The notes under the pieces are model-generated. The model saw only the letters and a program-made list of their open reading frames with translations. It did no database searches and had not been told where the DNA came from. This document shows positions 20,830-29,516 of a stretch of 64,000 nt of DNA, in pieces. A program made the translations under genes and the position numbers. The DNA is from Bacteroidetes bacterium HGW-Bacteroidetes-4 (GTDB taxonomy: Bacteria; Bacteroidota; Bacteroidia; Bacteroidales; SZUA-534). The DNA is taken from positions 3,012 to 67,011 of the forward strand of contig PHDD01000005.1 of assembly GCA_002840905.1 (NCBI GenBank), given 5' to 3'. How positions within the stretch are numbered: position 1 is the stretch's first letter; the number at the start of each line of letters is the position of its first letter.

Positions 20830-21139
20830 AAGAATTTATTTAAAATTAGCAGCTGTTTTGGTAAAATGTATCAAAAACTTTTTCAAAACAAACCATATTA
20901 TCTGAAAACCAAACAGAATACGTTCCATAATCTGGTATTTCCCAAACTTCAGAATAACGTTATTTACCCTATGATAATCAACAATATAACAGATACCCTG
21001 CACTGCTGTTTATAGTAAATATTTACATTTCTTAATACTTCATCAAAAGTAATAAAGTGTTGTTATAAATATGCGCTTTTTTTTTTGAAAAGCCTTACCA
21101 AATGAGCAAAATGACTAAATTCTGTGAATACGGCTTTGG

Positions 21140-23383
21140 TTAAAATGAAAAAGAAACCCGCCCGTAAATATTTTTGGGCGTACCCGGATAAAAATACCTG
21201 GGTAATTGACCATTTATTAATGGGGCATTGATAAGAATCATTGAAGCGTATTTCTGATCAAACAAATTATTTATACCAAACGACCAGTTAATTTTTGACT
21301 TCACAAACAAATTAAACTCCTGACCTATTCTAAGGTGTGTTACCTGATAGGAGGATTGTTTTTTCGTGTTCCGATCAGTAAGGTACTGACTTCCTACCCA
21401 TTGAAAATTAACTTGAGTGTACCAATTTCTTTCAAACTGTAATTTAAGCGATGTCCACAACTGATGCCTGGGTATTCCTGCCAGATAATTACCATTAAAC
21501 ACCACTCCATTGTCGGTGTAATTTTTAAAACGATGGCGTGCAAAGCTGTACGATAAGTTAAAATCGACTGCTGGCTTCCATTTTTGTTTATTTTGATTTA
21601 GTTTAATTGCAGCGCTTAATTCAAGACCTACATGGCGGGTTGAACCGGCATTTTTACCAAAAAAAACCGATTCACTGATTCGCTCGGTAACCAACAGGTT
21701 AGTTGCCCATATATAATAAAGGGCTGCATCAACAAACAGCTTGTTTTGCCAACCGCTCCACCGGAATCCCAGCTCAGTATTATAGCCACTTTCCGGTTTT
21801 AAATCGGGATTAATTACCCCTTCGGGCATTAATGTTTCTTCGACCGATGGTGCTGAAAAACCATGTCCGGCCGAAACATAAACCACACCGTTTTTCTTTA
21901 CCGGAAAACTGAATCCCAAAAATGGAGATAAAACCGGTTGATACCTGAAATTTTCATTTTGGTTAAGCGAATCGGGCAAGAGCTTCGTTAATTCATAATT
22001 CAAATAATTATAACTCAACCCAAATTCAAGTATCGGCCCCGTATTAAATGTATGCGAAGTCTGAAAAAACAAACTGAAAGGCATTCGTATTTCCTGAAAA
22101 CGATTCAATTCATCGCCCTTATTTCCTGAAATGCTTTCGAAAATTGACCATGTATATTGTTCTTTCAGGAGTTCAAAACCCCCGTGAAAGGCCGTTCTTT
22201 TAAAAGTAACCGTTGCGGTTTCACGTATTCCCATTTTTTTGGAGTCATCGACCAGGATATTAAACGGACGTGATTCGTACCCATTATAAAGATTACCAAA
22301 AACAATCAGTTCATTTTCCATTGATTTGGTTAAGCGGTATTTGTGCCTTAATCCCAGTAAGGTTTTACGATAGTTTTCAAATCCGTTTATGGCAAGCCAA
22401 TTGGCTGCAGCACTATCGGGCGAATGAGTAAAAGTTCTTTCGTTCAGGGAACTGGCTATTTGTGCATCTGCATCAATGAATTGAAAAATTAAATCAAATG
22501 CTGTGTTTTTCCCGGAATAAGTTCCATCAAAATTCAGGTTGTTCCGTTGGTACATGCTGTTTTGTCGCCAACCATCAAAAGTTGTATATCCATAATTCAG
22601 CTGAAAATTCCAATTTTGCTGCTTGAACTGCAATAAAAGTTCAGGTTTATAAGAATTAAACCATCCAGCTTCAAGTGAAAACCGGGTAACAAAACCTTCC
22701 GTTGCTGGTTTATTTCCTGAAATCAAAATAACTCCGCCCATACCGGAACCATAGAAAGCAGATTTTGCTCCTTTTATTATCTCAATCCGATGAATGTCTG
22801 TGATATTTAAATCTTCAATTTCAGTTGTTCCATCGCCACTGGTAATGGGAATACCTTTGTAATAGGCTTTTATCCGATTGGTTCCATAGGGATTTCGCGA
22901 ACCCATACCCCTGATGGTTATTTTATTTGTATTTACGGCTCCCTGCGACACAAAAACTCCCGGAACCGTGTTCAAATGTTCAACAAAAGTAATTCCCGAA
23001 GAATGTTCCAACCGGCTTTGCTGAATTATACCAATACTAGCCGGAGAAGAAAAGACCTCATGGCGCAGCAATTCCGATCTTACCGTAATTGATTCCAACC
23101 GCAAAGACACAGGAACCATGAGAATTACTGGCTCTGCATGCAGGTGTGAAACTTTAACCTGCTGAGTTACATAACCCAAATGCATCAACATAAGATGGCC
23201 CGATTGAACAGCAAGTTCAAAACAACCACTGTCGTTGGTTATAGTTTGCCGGTTATTGTGAACAACATGTACATTTGTCAGCGGATGTAGGTCCTGCGCA
23301 TCCAAAACCTTCCCTTTTATCTGTCCAAAACCAGAAGTACTGAGAACAAAAAAAAATAAGAATACAAAAAAACGGATTATCAT
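21140..23383 (-). CDS. TonB-dependent receptor (CarboxypepD_reg domain, plug, 22-strand barrel), with no SusD partner
   Basis: 747 aa. Features are a signal peptide, an N-terminal GKVLDAQDLHPLTNVHVV...TNDSGCFEL carboxypeptidase-regulatory-like domain, plug motifs (ITIRGMGSRNPYGTNRIKAYYKGIPIT) and a terminal aromatic YGRVSFSF. It starts 12 nt after the stop of the upstream dehydrogenase gene. Confidence 0.85.
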   Translation of the reverse strand: MIIRFFVFLFFFVLSTSGFGQIKGKVLDAQDLHPLTNVHVVHNNRQTITNDSGCFELAVQSGHLMLMHLGYVTQQVKVSHLHAEPVILMVPVSLRLESITVRSELLRHEVFSSPASIGIIQQSRLEHSSGITFVEHLNTVPGVFVSQGAVNTNKITIRGMGSRNPYGTNRIKAYYKGIPITSGDGTTEIEDLNITDIHRIEIIKGAKSAFYGSGMGGVILISGNKPATEGFVTRFSLEAGWFNSYKPELLLQFKQQNWNFQLNYGYTTFDGWRQNSMYQRNNLNFDGTYSGKNTAFDLIFQFIDADAQIASSLNERTFTHSPDSAAANWLAINGFENYRKTLLGLRHKYRLTKSMENELIVFGNLYNGYESRPFNILVDDSKKMGIRETATVTFKRTAFHGGFELLKEQYTWSIFESISGNKGDELNRFQEIRMPFSLFFQTSHTFNTGPILEFGLSYNYLNYELTKLLPDSLNQNENFRYQPVLSPFLGFSFPVKKNGVVYVSAGHGFSAPSVEETLMPEGVINPDLKPESGYNTELGFRWSGWQNKLFVDAALYYIWATNLLVTERISESVFFGKNAGSTRHVGLELSAAIKLNQNKQKWKPAVDFNLSYSFARHRFKNYTDNGVVFNGNYLAGIPRHQLWTSLKLQFERNWYTQVNFQWVGSQYLTDRNTKKQSSYQVTHLRIGQEFNLFVKSKINWSFGINNLFDQKYASMILINAPLINGQLPRYFYPGTPKNIYGRVSFSF

Positions 23384-23395
23384 TTAACTTAGCAC

Positions 23396-24841
23396 TTATT
23401 CATCAACAGGAACCAGCTTAAGAATCCTTCCCGGATTTTCGACTCCCACATAAATGTAGCCATCGGGGCTTACCTTAACGTTTCTTACCCGGCCAATTCC
23501 GGGAAGTAGTGTTTCCCGTTTTACCACTTTATTGTTTTGTATTTCGACCCGCTCAAGGTATTCAAATCGCAACGAACCAATCAACAAGCTATGTTCCCAG
23601 CCCTTATATCGCTTGCTGGTAACAAAATCCATTCCGCAAGGTGCAATTGAAGGAACATAATAATACAGCGGTTGTTCCATTCCGGTCATTGCGGTATCGG
23701 TTGTAATTATGGTTCCGTTATAATTTATTCCAAAGGTTATAAGTGGCCAGCCATAATTTTTGCCTTTGGCAATAATATTAATTTCATCACCACCACGCGG
23801 GCCATGTTCATGAGTCCAGATTTCGCCCGTTACCGGATGCCTGGCAACGCCCTGCGGGTTCCGGTGGCCATACGAAAAAATCGAAGGCTGTGCTCCGGGA
23901 GTATTAACAAAAGGATTATCAGCGGGTATGGTTCCGTCGTCGTTTAAACGGTGTATTTTTCCATTCGAGTTATCGAGTGATTGGGCAAATTCGTTGTGTT
24001 TGCCCCGGTCGCCAATTGAAAAATAAAGATGTCCTTCGTTATCAAAGGCAATCCGGCTTCCAAAATGATGACGTGTAGTAACCAGCGGGGTGCCTTTAAA
24101 AATTGTTTCTATTGATGTTAATTTATTTCCATTCAATTTTCCTCTTATTATTGCCGTATTCCCTTCTGCTTTATTATTATCGTTATAATAACTGTAAGCA
24201 AAATACAGGTACCCGTTTTTTTGATAGTTGGGATGTTTTTTAACTTCCATTAATCCTCCTTGCCCAGCTACTAAAACAGGCGGTAACCCGGTAATTTGAA
24301 CCAGCTTTTTATCTTTAGTAAATCGCGATAAAGTTCCGTTTCGTTCAGCAATTAACATGTCGCCGTTTGGTAAAAACTCAAGTCCCCAGGGTATCTCCAA
24401 ACCATCAACAACTGTTTCTACTTTATATTTTACATCGGTTCCGTAAATTCCCGAATTATTTGTCGATTCGGCAGCTTTCTTCAACACACGCGTCCTGCTT
24501 TCAGCCAGAATATATTCGGTTAATGCTTTTATTTCTTCAAAAGTAAATGCATCCTTAAAGCCCGGCATTCCTTCATCGGGAATACCTTTAGCAATAGCAT
24601 TCTCAATTTGAACCGGCTTTTCACCATATTTCCATTTACGATCAATAAATTCCTCCATTTGATTTCCATGACAACCGGCACAAAAATTCTGGTAAAGCTC
24701 GGCTGGATTACGTATTTCAGCCCGGTTTGTGTTTTTATTTTCAGAAAACCAGCCAATATTCGACTTTAAGGTAAATGCCGAACCAAGCAAAAAAGCTAAG
24801 GCCAAAAAAGAAAAAACAAAACTTTTTTTCATAGCAAACAA
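23396..24841 (-). CDS. Cytochrome c-fused PQQ-dependent sugar (aldose/sorbosone) dehydrogenase
   Basis: 481 aa. It has a signal peptide, the CAGCHG heme c motif with a downstream Met-containing segment (IPDEGMPGF), then a GSDH beta-propeller with the blocks LEFLPNGDMLIAERNG, HFGSRIAFDNEGHLYFSIGDRG, NGKIHRLNDDGTIPADNPF and YGHRNPQG...HEHGPRGGDEIN...GKNYGWP. Confidence 0.85.
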   Translation of the reverse strand: MFAMKKSFVFSFLALAFLLGSAFTLKSNIGWFSENKNTNRAEIRNPAELYQNFCAGCHGNQMEEFIDRKWKYGEKPVQIENAIAKGIPDEGMPGFKDAFTFEEIKALTEYILAESRTRVLKKAAESTNNSGIYGTDVKYKVETVVDGLEIPWGLEFLPNGDMLIAERNGTLSRFTKDKKLVQITGLPPVLVAGQGGLMEVKKHPNYQKNGYLYFAYSYYNDNNKAEGNTAIIRGKLNGNKLTSIETIFKGTPLVTTRHHFGSRIAFDNEGHLYFSIGDRGKHNEFAQSLDNSNGKIHRLNDDGTIPADNPFVNTPGAQPSIFSYGHRNPQGVARHPVTGEIWTHEHGPRGGDEINIIAKGKNYGWPLITFGINYNGTIITTDTAMTGMEQPLYYYVPSIAPCGMDFVTSKRYKGWEHSLLIGSLRFEYLERVEIQNNKVVKRETLLPGIGRVRNVKVSPDGYIYVGVENPGRILKLVPVDE

Positions 24842-24941
24842 TTTATAAAACGGGATAATAACACCTTGAACAATAAAAGGAATTATTCATTAAAATGTTC
24901 ATTCTAAAACATTTTAAAAAAAATTGCCATAACAGCATTAA

Positions 24942-24954
24942 CCTTTTGCTAACC
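24942..24954 (+). repeat. Copy A of the repeated 13-mer CCTTTTGCTAACC
   Basis: An identical 13-mer recurs at 25172-25184, exactly 230 bp downstream. Flanks are also similar (TTAACCTTTTGCTAACCCAAAC vs TTATCCTTTTGCTAACCAAACC). The 10-nt core CTTTTGCTAA also occurs inverted at 25094-25103. Confidence 0.6.
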
Positions 24955-25113
24955 CAAACGAGTGAACTTACCGGGCAAAATGGCGTACTACTGATATTGT
25001 TAGTTGATTTAGTTAATAGTGGGTTAAAAAGTGCAAAGCACAAAATGAAATGGAGGGTGCAAAGTCTATTTCAAAAATTAAAGTTCGTTCGGCTTAGCAA
25101 AAGCTAAGTTTTT

Positions 25114-25151
25114 GGTCGGAAAAACTTCCCGGGTTTTCCGGCCATTTTTTT
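25114..25151 (+). terminator. Strong Rho-independent terminator-like hairpin with no annotated plus-strand gene upstream
   Basis: The stem GGTCGGAAAAAC (25114-25125) / GGTTTTCCGGCC (25132-25143) forms 10 consecutive base pairs including one G-U, followed by one mismatch and a closing C-G pair. The loop is 6 nt and is followed by A+T7 (25144-25151). It is preceded by a smaller hairpin CTTAGC-AAAA-GCTAAG plus T5 at 25093-25113. Confidence 0.6.
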
Positions 25152-25171
25152 GGGTAATACAATACTGTTAT

Positions 25172-25184
25172 CCTTTTGCTAACC
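25172..25184 (+). repeat. Copy B of the repeated 13-mer CCTTTTGCTAACC
   Basis: See copy A. This copy lies about 20 nt downstream of the 25114-25151 terminator hairpin. Confidence 0.6.
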
Positions 25185-25340
25185 AAACCCATGCTTCAAC
25201 TTTAAAAATATTTAATATTTTTGGTTTGAATGAAACAATAAAGGATTTCAGTCAAACGAAAATAAGCATTACAGAGAAACTCACTTACATTTTTTAATAA
25301 TGCTTATCACTTGTAAGATTCATTTGGGCTAATTTCAGTC

Positions 25341-25380
25341 AGGCTAAAGCATCTCTCCCCGGGATCTTTAGCCTTTTTTT
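25341..25380 (+). terminator. Strong Rho-independent terminator-like hairpin with no annotated plus-strand gene upstream
   Basis: An 8-9 bp stem (A)GGCTAAAG (25341-25349) / CTTTAGCC(T) (25366-25374) is followed by T7 (25374-25380). It lies 115 nt upstream of the DUF2147 gene start. Confidence 0.6.
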
Positions 25381-25494
25381 ATTATAAATGTTTCACCAAT
25401 TCAATTATTTACTATTTTGTGCAACATAATATTACAACGAATCAGCATTTATGATTTATAAACATCAATTGTAAAACCAATTAAAACACTAATT

Positions 25495-25917
25495 ATGAAA
25501 AAGTATCTGATGCTTCTGATTGCCTTTTTTTCGCTCATCGCATTAAGCCAGGCTCAATCAACTGTTGAGGGAAAGTGGAAAACCATTGACGACGAAACCG
25601 GAAAGATGAAGTCGATTGTAGAACTTAAAGTAAAAAACGGCAAGCTTTACGGTACTATAGTTGCCTTAAGCCCCGATAGCAATCCCAATAAGGTGTGTAC
25701 CGAATGTACCGACCACAGAAAAGGTAAAAAGATTATTGGAATGGAAATAATTTCAGGTCTAAAAAAAGACGATTCCGTTTGGAAAGGCGACGATGGAATT
25801 TTAGATCCGGAAAACGGCAAGCTGTATGACTGTAAAATTTGGGTTGAAGACGGTAAACTTCAGGTTCGCGGTTACATTGGATTTTTATTCAGAACGCAAA
25901 CCTGGATAAAGGCTTAA
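25495..25917 (+). CDS. DUF2147 domain-containing secreted protein
   Basis: 140 aa with a signal peptide, the EGKWKTIDDETGKMKSIVEL...NGKLYGTIV motif and the C-terminal GKLYDCKIWVEDGKLQVRGY typical of DUF2147. Confidence 0.7.
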   Translation: MKKYLMLLIAFFSLIALSQAQSTVEGKWKTIDDETGKMKSIVELKVKNGKLYGTIVALSPDSNPNKVCTECTDHRKGKKIIGMEIISGLKKDDSVWKGDDGILDPENGKLYDCKIWVEDGKLQVRGYIGFLFRTQTWIKA

Positions 25918-26348
25918 TCGTGCTGTTCATTTGTAAATAATAATCGAGTTTTCGATTTTAATGAACCTGGTTTTACTTCAAAAGCCAGGTTTATACTTTT
26001 TATTTTTTTAAGCAATGCCAATACTCGTTCAGGCTCAATGAGTATGTGCTCCCATTTTAACCAAAAATCAACCTGTTTTTGTTCTTCAATTAATAATCCC
26101 TGCAAGCTTTTGTTTTGAATAAGGTGTACTACAGCGAAAGAATCGTCGGAGTATTCGCTAAACAACGGAAATTCCTGAACCAGTTGATGTTTTGGATGAT
26201 AAACTTTAAACGACCGGTTTTCTTTTAAATTATATCCGAGCACCTCGTTAATAAGAAAACCCAAACGATAGATAGGTTCTGTTGTAACAATTCCAATCAA
26301 CGGAAAATTAAAATCATCGGTAATTTCAAGTTTTACAGCTTTGCCCAT
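25914..26348 (-). CDS. IPExxxVDY-family protein, a conserved Bacteroidota gene found downstream of rnc
   Basis: 144 aa. It has the LIGIVTTEPIYRLGFLIN block and LIEEQKQVDFWL in place of the family-name motif. Position after acpP-fabF-rnc matches the usual context. The call is from memory of the family only. Confidence 0.5.
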   Translation of the reverse strand: MGKAVKLEITDDFNFPLIGIVTTEPIYRLGFLINEVLGYNLKENRSFKVYHPKHQLVQEFPLFSEYSDDSFAVVHLIQNKSLQGLLIEEQKQVDFWLKWEHILIEPERVLALLKKIKSINLAFEVKPGSLKSKTRLLFTNEQHD

Positions 26349-26413
26349 ATTGTAATAATTTAAAGCGTAAAACTAACAAAATGATTTTTAATATTAAGAA
26401 TAAAGTACCTGTG

Positions 26414-27142
26414 CTAATCGTCTAAAGCTAAAAGTGTAGCTTTTGCGGCATTTTGTTCTGCTTCTTTTTTCGAAAGGCCTTTCCCTTTTGCAATCACCTT
26501 GTCGTTTACAATAACCTTGCTTATAAATTCAGGAATAAACATGTCGACATCCTCTAAATCGGTTTGAAAAGAGATTTCCTTCCGATCTTTTTGAGCCCAT
26601 TCAATTAAGCGGCTTTTATAGTTGGTTTCGGTATTCAGCAATAGACTCAGATCGATATGCTTTTTCAGAAGTTGTTTAAATACAAAATTACGAACCGCCT
26701 TGTAACCATGATCGAGATAAATTGCACCTATCAAGGCTTCAAAAGCATCGCCTAAAATATGTTTGTTGGAATAATAATTATGGGCGTGAGAAATTATAAA
26801 CTTATCGAGTCCCAATTGAATTGCCAGTTGTCCCAGGTAATCGCCATTCACAATTTTTGAACGGGTTTGGGTTAAAAAACCTTCATTTTTATCGGGGAAA
26901 CGGGTGTAAAGGTATTCAGCAACAACCGCATCGAGAATGGCATCGCCTAAAAACTCAAGTCGTTCGTTGTTTATAACCATGCCATCGTGTAAACGCAACG
27001 AAGCTGATTTGTGAATAAAAGCCAGTTTGTATAATTCCTCGTTGCCGGGAAATAATCCGGTAATACGTCGAAGTTCGTCGTAGAAATCCTTATTTGTGCT
27101 TAAAAGGCGCTTAAAGTGAAAAGCAAAGAATCCCTTTATCAA
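26414..27142 (-). CDS. rnc: Ribonuclease III
   Basis: 242 aa with the RNase III signature NERLEFLGDAILDAVV and a C-terminal dsRBD (GKGLSKKEAEQNAAKATL). It starts 6 nt after the fabF stop. Confidence 0.95.
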   Translation of the reverse strand: MIKGFFAFHFKRLLSTNKDFYDELRRITGLFPGNEELYKLAFIHKSASLRLHDGMVINNERLEFLGDAILDAVVAEYLYTRFPDKNEGFLTQTRSKIVNGDYLGQLAIQLGLDKFIISHAHNYYSNKHILGDAFEALIGAIYLDHGYKAVRNFVFKQLLKKHIDLSLLLNTETNYKSRLIEWAQKDRKEISFQTDLEDVDMFIPEFISKVIVNDKVIAKGKGLSKKEAEQNAAKATLLALDD

Positions 27143-27148
27143 AATGTA

Positions 27149-28396
27149 CTACTCAAATTTTTTAAACACTACAGAAGCATTGTGGCCTCCAAAACCAAAA
27201 GTATTACTTAACACCGCTTTAACTTCTCGGGTTTGAGCTTTGTGCAATGTTAAATTCAGATTTGGATTGATATTTGGGTCGACCTCTTTGTGGTTAATGG
27301 TTGGTGGTATAATTCCATGTTTAATTGCCAAAATTGAAGTAATAGCCTCGATGGCTCCAGCAGCACCCAACAAGTGACCGGTCATTGATTTAGTAGAGCT
27401 AATATTCAATTTAAACGCATGGTCTCCAAAAACTTTTTGAATGGCCAGGGTCTCAGGAATATCGCCTATGGGAGTTGATGTACCGTGCACATTAACATAA
27501 TCAATATCTTCCGGTTTCATTTGAGCTTCTTCAATGGCAAGCTTCATGCACAAAGCAGCTCCTATACCTTCGGGATGCGTTGCTGTTAAATGGTAAGCAT
27601 CGGCCGATAAGCCACAACCACCCACTTCAGCATAGATTTTTGCTCCCCTTGCTTTAGCATGTTCAAGTTCTTCTAAAATCAATACAGCACCACCTTCGCC
27701 CATAACAAACCCATCGCGGGTATTACAAAACGGACGTGAGGCTGTTTTATATTCCTCGTTATTTGTTGATAATGCCTGCATGGAATTAAATCCACCTATA
27801 CCTGCCGGGTATATTGTTGCTTCCGATCCTCCGGTGACTATGGCATCAGCTTTTCCTAAACGAATGTAATTAAAAGCATCAGCAATAGCGTTTGTTGATG
27901 AGGCGCAAGCAGAAACGGTTCCAAAATTAGGACCATGAAAGCCATATTTTATGGAAATTTGTCCTGCGGCAATATCAGAAATCATTTTTGGGATGAAGAA
28001 AGGATTAAAACGAGGGGTTCCATCTCCACCCGAATAAGCGGCTACTTCTTCAGAAAAGGTAATAAGCCCACCGATGCCGGAAGCATGAATAACTCCGACC
28101 CGGTTTTTATCGATGTTTTCAGGGAAATTAGCATCAGTAATAGCTTCGTCAGCAGCAATTAAAGCAAATTGTGCATATAAATCAAGCTTTCTGGCTTCTT
28201 TCCTATCGAAATAAACTAAAGGATCGTAGTTTTTAACTTCGCAAGCAAATTGAGTTTTAAATTTAGACGCATCGAAACGGGTAATAAGATTGGAACCACT
28301 AACTCCATTTTTCAGGTTTTCCCAAGTTTCGCTCAGGCCCTTTCCCAATGGGTTGATTGTTCCTAATCCGGTTACTACAACTCTTTTAAGTTCCAT
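27149..28396 (-). CDS. fabF: Beta-ketoacyl-ACP synthase II
   Basis: 415 aa with the active-site Cys (VSACASSTNAI), VHGTSTPIGD and SNTFGFGGHNASVVF. Confidence 0.95.
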   Translation of the reverse strand: MELKRVVVTGLGTINPLGKGLSETWENLKNGVSGSNLITRFDASKFKTQFACEVKNYDPLVYFDRKEARKLDLYAQFALIAADEAITDANFPENIDKNRVGVIHASGIGGLITFSEEVAAYSGGDGTPRFNPFFIPKMISDIAAGQISIKYGFHGPNFGTVSACASSTNAIADAFNYIRLGKADAIVTGGSEATIYPAGIGGFNSMQALSTNNEEYKTASRPFCNTRDGFVMGEGGAVLILEELEHAKARGAKIYAEVGGCGLSADAYHLTATHPEGIGAALCMKLAIEEAQMKPEDIDYVNVHGTSTPIGDIPETLAIQKVFGDHAFKLNISSTKSMTGHLLGAAGAIEAITSILAIKHGIIPPTINHKEVDPNINPNLNLTLHKAQTREVKAVLSNTFGFGGHNASVVFKKFE

Positions 28397-28436
28397 AATG
28401 TGTCTAAATTTAAAACTTCAATTAAAAAAATGTTAA

Positions 28437-28673
28437 TTACTTAACGTTTTCTTCGATATGTGCTATTGCTTCACCTACCGTAGCAATTTTTTCTGCTTGA
28501 TCGTCGGGAATAGCAATGTTAAATTCCTTTTCGAACTCCATGATCAATTCCACGGTGTCAAGAGAGTCTGCTCCTAAATCATTTGTGAAGCTGGCTTCCG
28601 GAGTAACTTCGTTTTCATCAACGCCTAGTTTGTCAACGATAATTGCTTTAACTCTTGATGCAATGTCTGACAT
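28437..28673 (-). CDS. acpP: Acyl carrier protein
   Basis: 78 aa with the phosphopantetheine attachment motif [16 protein letters not shown]. Confidence 0.97.
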   Translation of the reverse strand: MSDIASRVKAIIVDKLGVDENEVTPEASFTNDLGADSLDTVELIMEFEKEFNIAIPDDQAEKIATVGEAIAHIEENVK

Positions 28674-28743
28674 AATTCTAAATTTTTAGTTAACAATAAA
28701 TTTAATGGGTGAAACACCCTCTCATTAAGAGCCATTGCTCTTG

Positions 28744-28814
28744 AGGTCTCGAGCGGATTCGAACCGCTGTACCCGGTTTTGCAGACCGATGCCTAGCCAC
28801 TCGGCCACGAGACC
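28744..28814 (-). tRNA. tRNA-Cys (anticodon GCA)
   Basis: The reverse complement is GGTCTCGTGGCCGAGTGGCTAGGCATCGGTCTGCAAAACCGGGTACAGCGGTTCGAATCCGCTCGAGACCT. It folds as a cloverleaf with a 7-bp acceptor stem GGTCTCG/CGAGACC, an anticodon stem TCGGT/ACCGG with loop CTGCAAA, and a T-arm AGCGG-TTCGAAT-CCGCT. Confidence 0.9.
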
Positions 28815-28831
28815 AATTTTTTAGTGCGGTG

Positions 28832-28864
28832 CAAATTTATAAAATAATTTTCTATAGAATCAAA
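28832..28864 (-). promoter_or_regulatory. Sigma-A promoter for tRNA-Cys (TTTG-N21-TAAATTTG)
   Basis: On the minus strand a TTTG (28864-28861) is followed after 21 nt by TAAATTTG (28839-28832). This -7 box ends 17 nt upstream of the tRNA 5' end and matches the Bacteroidota consensus. Confidence 0.55.
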
Positions 28865-28878
28865 TCAATTATGGTTTT

Positions 28879-29256
28879 TTATCTATCATGCTGATATTCA
28901 GCACGTGTTTTTTCTAAAGTGACGCTTACATGCTCTATTTTACCTCCCATTGGGGGATTAATTTTCTTTACTTTCACTTTAATTCTGCTCACTTCGGCAA
29001 GTTTTGTGAATAATTCAGTGGTTATTCGATTGGCAATATGCTCCAACAAATGCGATTTAATTTCCATTTGTTCTTTTATAATCTGGTAGGCCACCTGATA
29101 ATTTACCGCATCGTGAATATCATCGCTGACAGCGGCTTTTTTACAATCGGCCTCTAAAAGCAAATCGACCAGAAATTTGTTGCCAACAATTTGCTCTTCG
29201 GAAAAACAACCGTGGTAGGAATAAAACTCCATTCCTTCAATTTCGATAATCCCCAT
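28879..29256 (-). CDS. folB: Dihydroneopterin aldolase
   Basis: 125 aa. IEIEGMEFYSYHGCFSEEQIVGNKFLVDL...SDDIHDAVNYQ matches the FolB pattern. Confidence 0.85.
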   Translation of the reverse strand: MGIIEIEGMEFYSYHGCFSEEQIVGNKFLVDLLLEADCKKAAVSDDIHDAVNYQVAYQIIKEQMEIKSHLLEHIANRITTELFTKLAEVSRIKVKVKKINPPMGGKIEHVSVTLEKTRAEYQHDR

Positions 29257-29479
29257 TACACTATTTTTTGGGGCGCTAAGATAAAGAATTAATCCGACTA
29301 CCTATCAATCAAAATTCAATTATAATATATAAGTATCGCTTAATAGGAATTGACTTTACATAAATCATATCTGTTTTATTAAGCTAAGTAAAGAAGTAAT
29401 ACCATGCATTCTGAATCAAAATTCATGAATATACATTGAAAAAAAAAGCCCGTTTTTAAATTAATCTTATAAATCAGGC

Positions 29480-29487
29480 TATTTTTG
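29480..29487 (+). promoter_or_regulatory. Candidate -7 box (TATTTTTG) for glnS
   Basis: Exact TAnnTTTG, 29 nt upstream of the glnS ATG. It is embedded in the small hairpin CAGGCTA-TTTTTG-TAGCCTG (29475-29494). Confidence 0.4.
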
Positions 29488-29516
29488 TAGCCTGAAAATT
29501 AAAAAGCTACTATAGA

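Noticed and set aside
21077-21086. A T10 homopolymer in the spacer between the TonB-dependent receptor and the sensor genes, as a possible phase-variation tract
   Set aside because: It lies about 250 nt upstream of the sensor gene start and is not between recognisable -33 and -7 elements or within a coding frame. There is no supporting evidence for slipped-strand regulation.
24895-25297. Two small plus-strand ORFs (70 and 61 aa) in the 24842-25494 gap as protein-coding genes
   Set aside because: The composition is unconvincing, with no hydrophobic or signal pattern and no motif. One uses a TTG start immediately inside a terminator hairpin, and the other starts upstream of the repeated 13-mer. 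I treat the region as a candidate RNA locus. Coding potential cannot be excluded without conservation data.
28744-28814. tRNA-Cys, and tRNA-Phe at 38450-38522, as possible integration sites of mobile elements
   Set aside because: No integrase, excisionase, transposase or duplicated tRNA 3' fragment is present near either tRNA. Flanking genes are housekeeping (folB and acpP; lepA and yjbR).
29475-29494. The hairpin CAGGCTA-TTTTTG-TAGCCTG upstream of glnS, which resembles a terminator
   Set aside because: No gene on either strand ends nearby that it could terminate. The loop coincides with a perfect TAnnTTTG -7 box, so it is more simply promoter sequence with fortuitous flanking complementarity.
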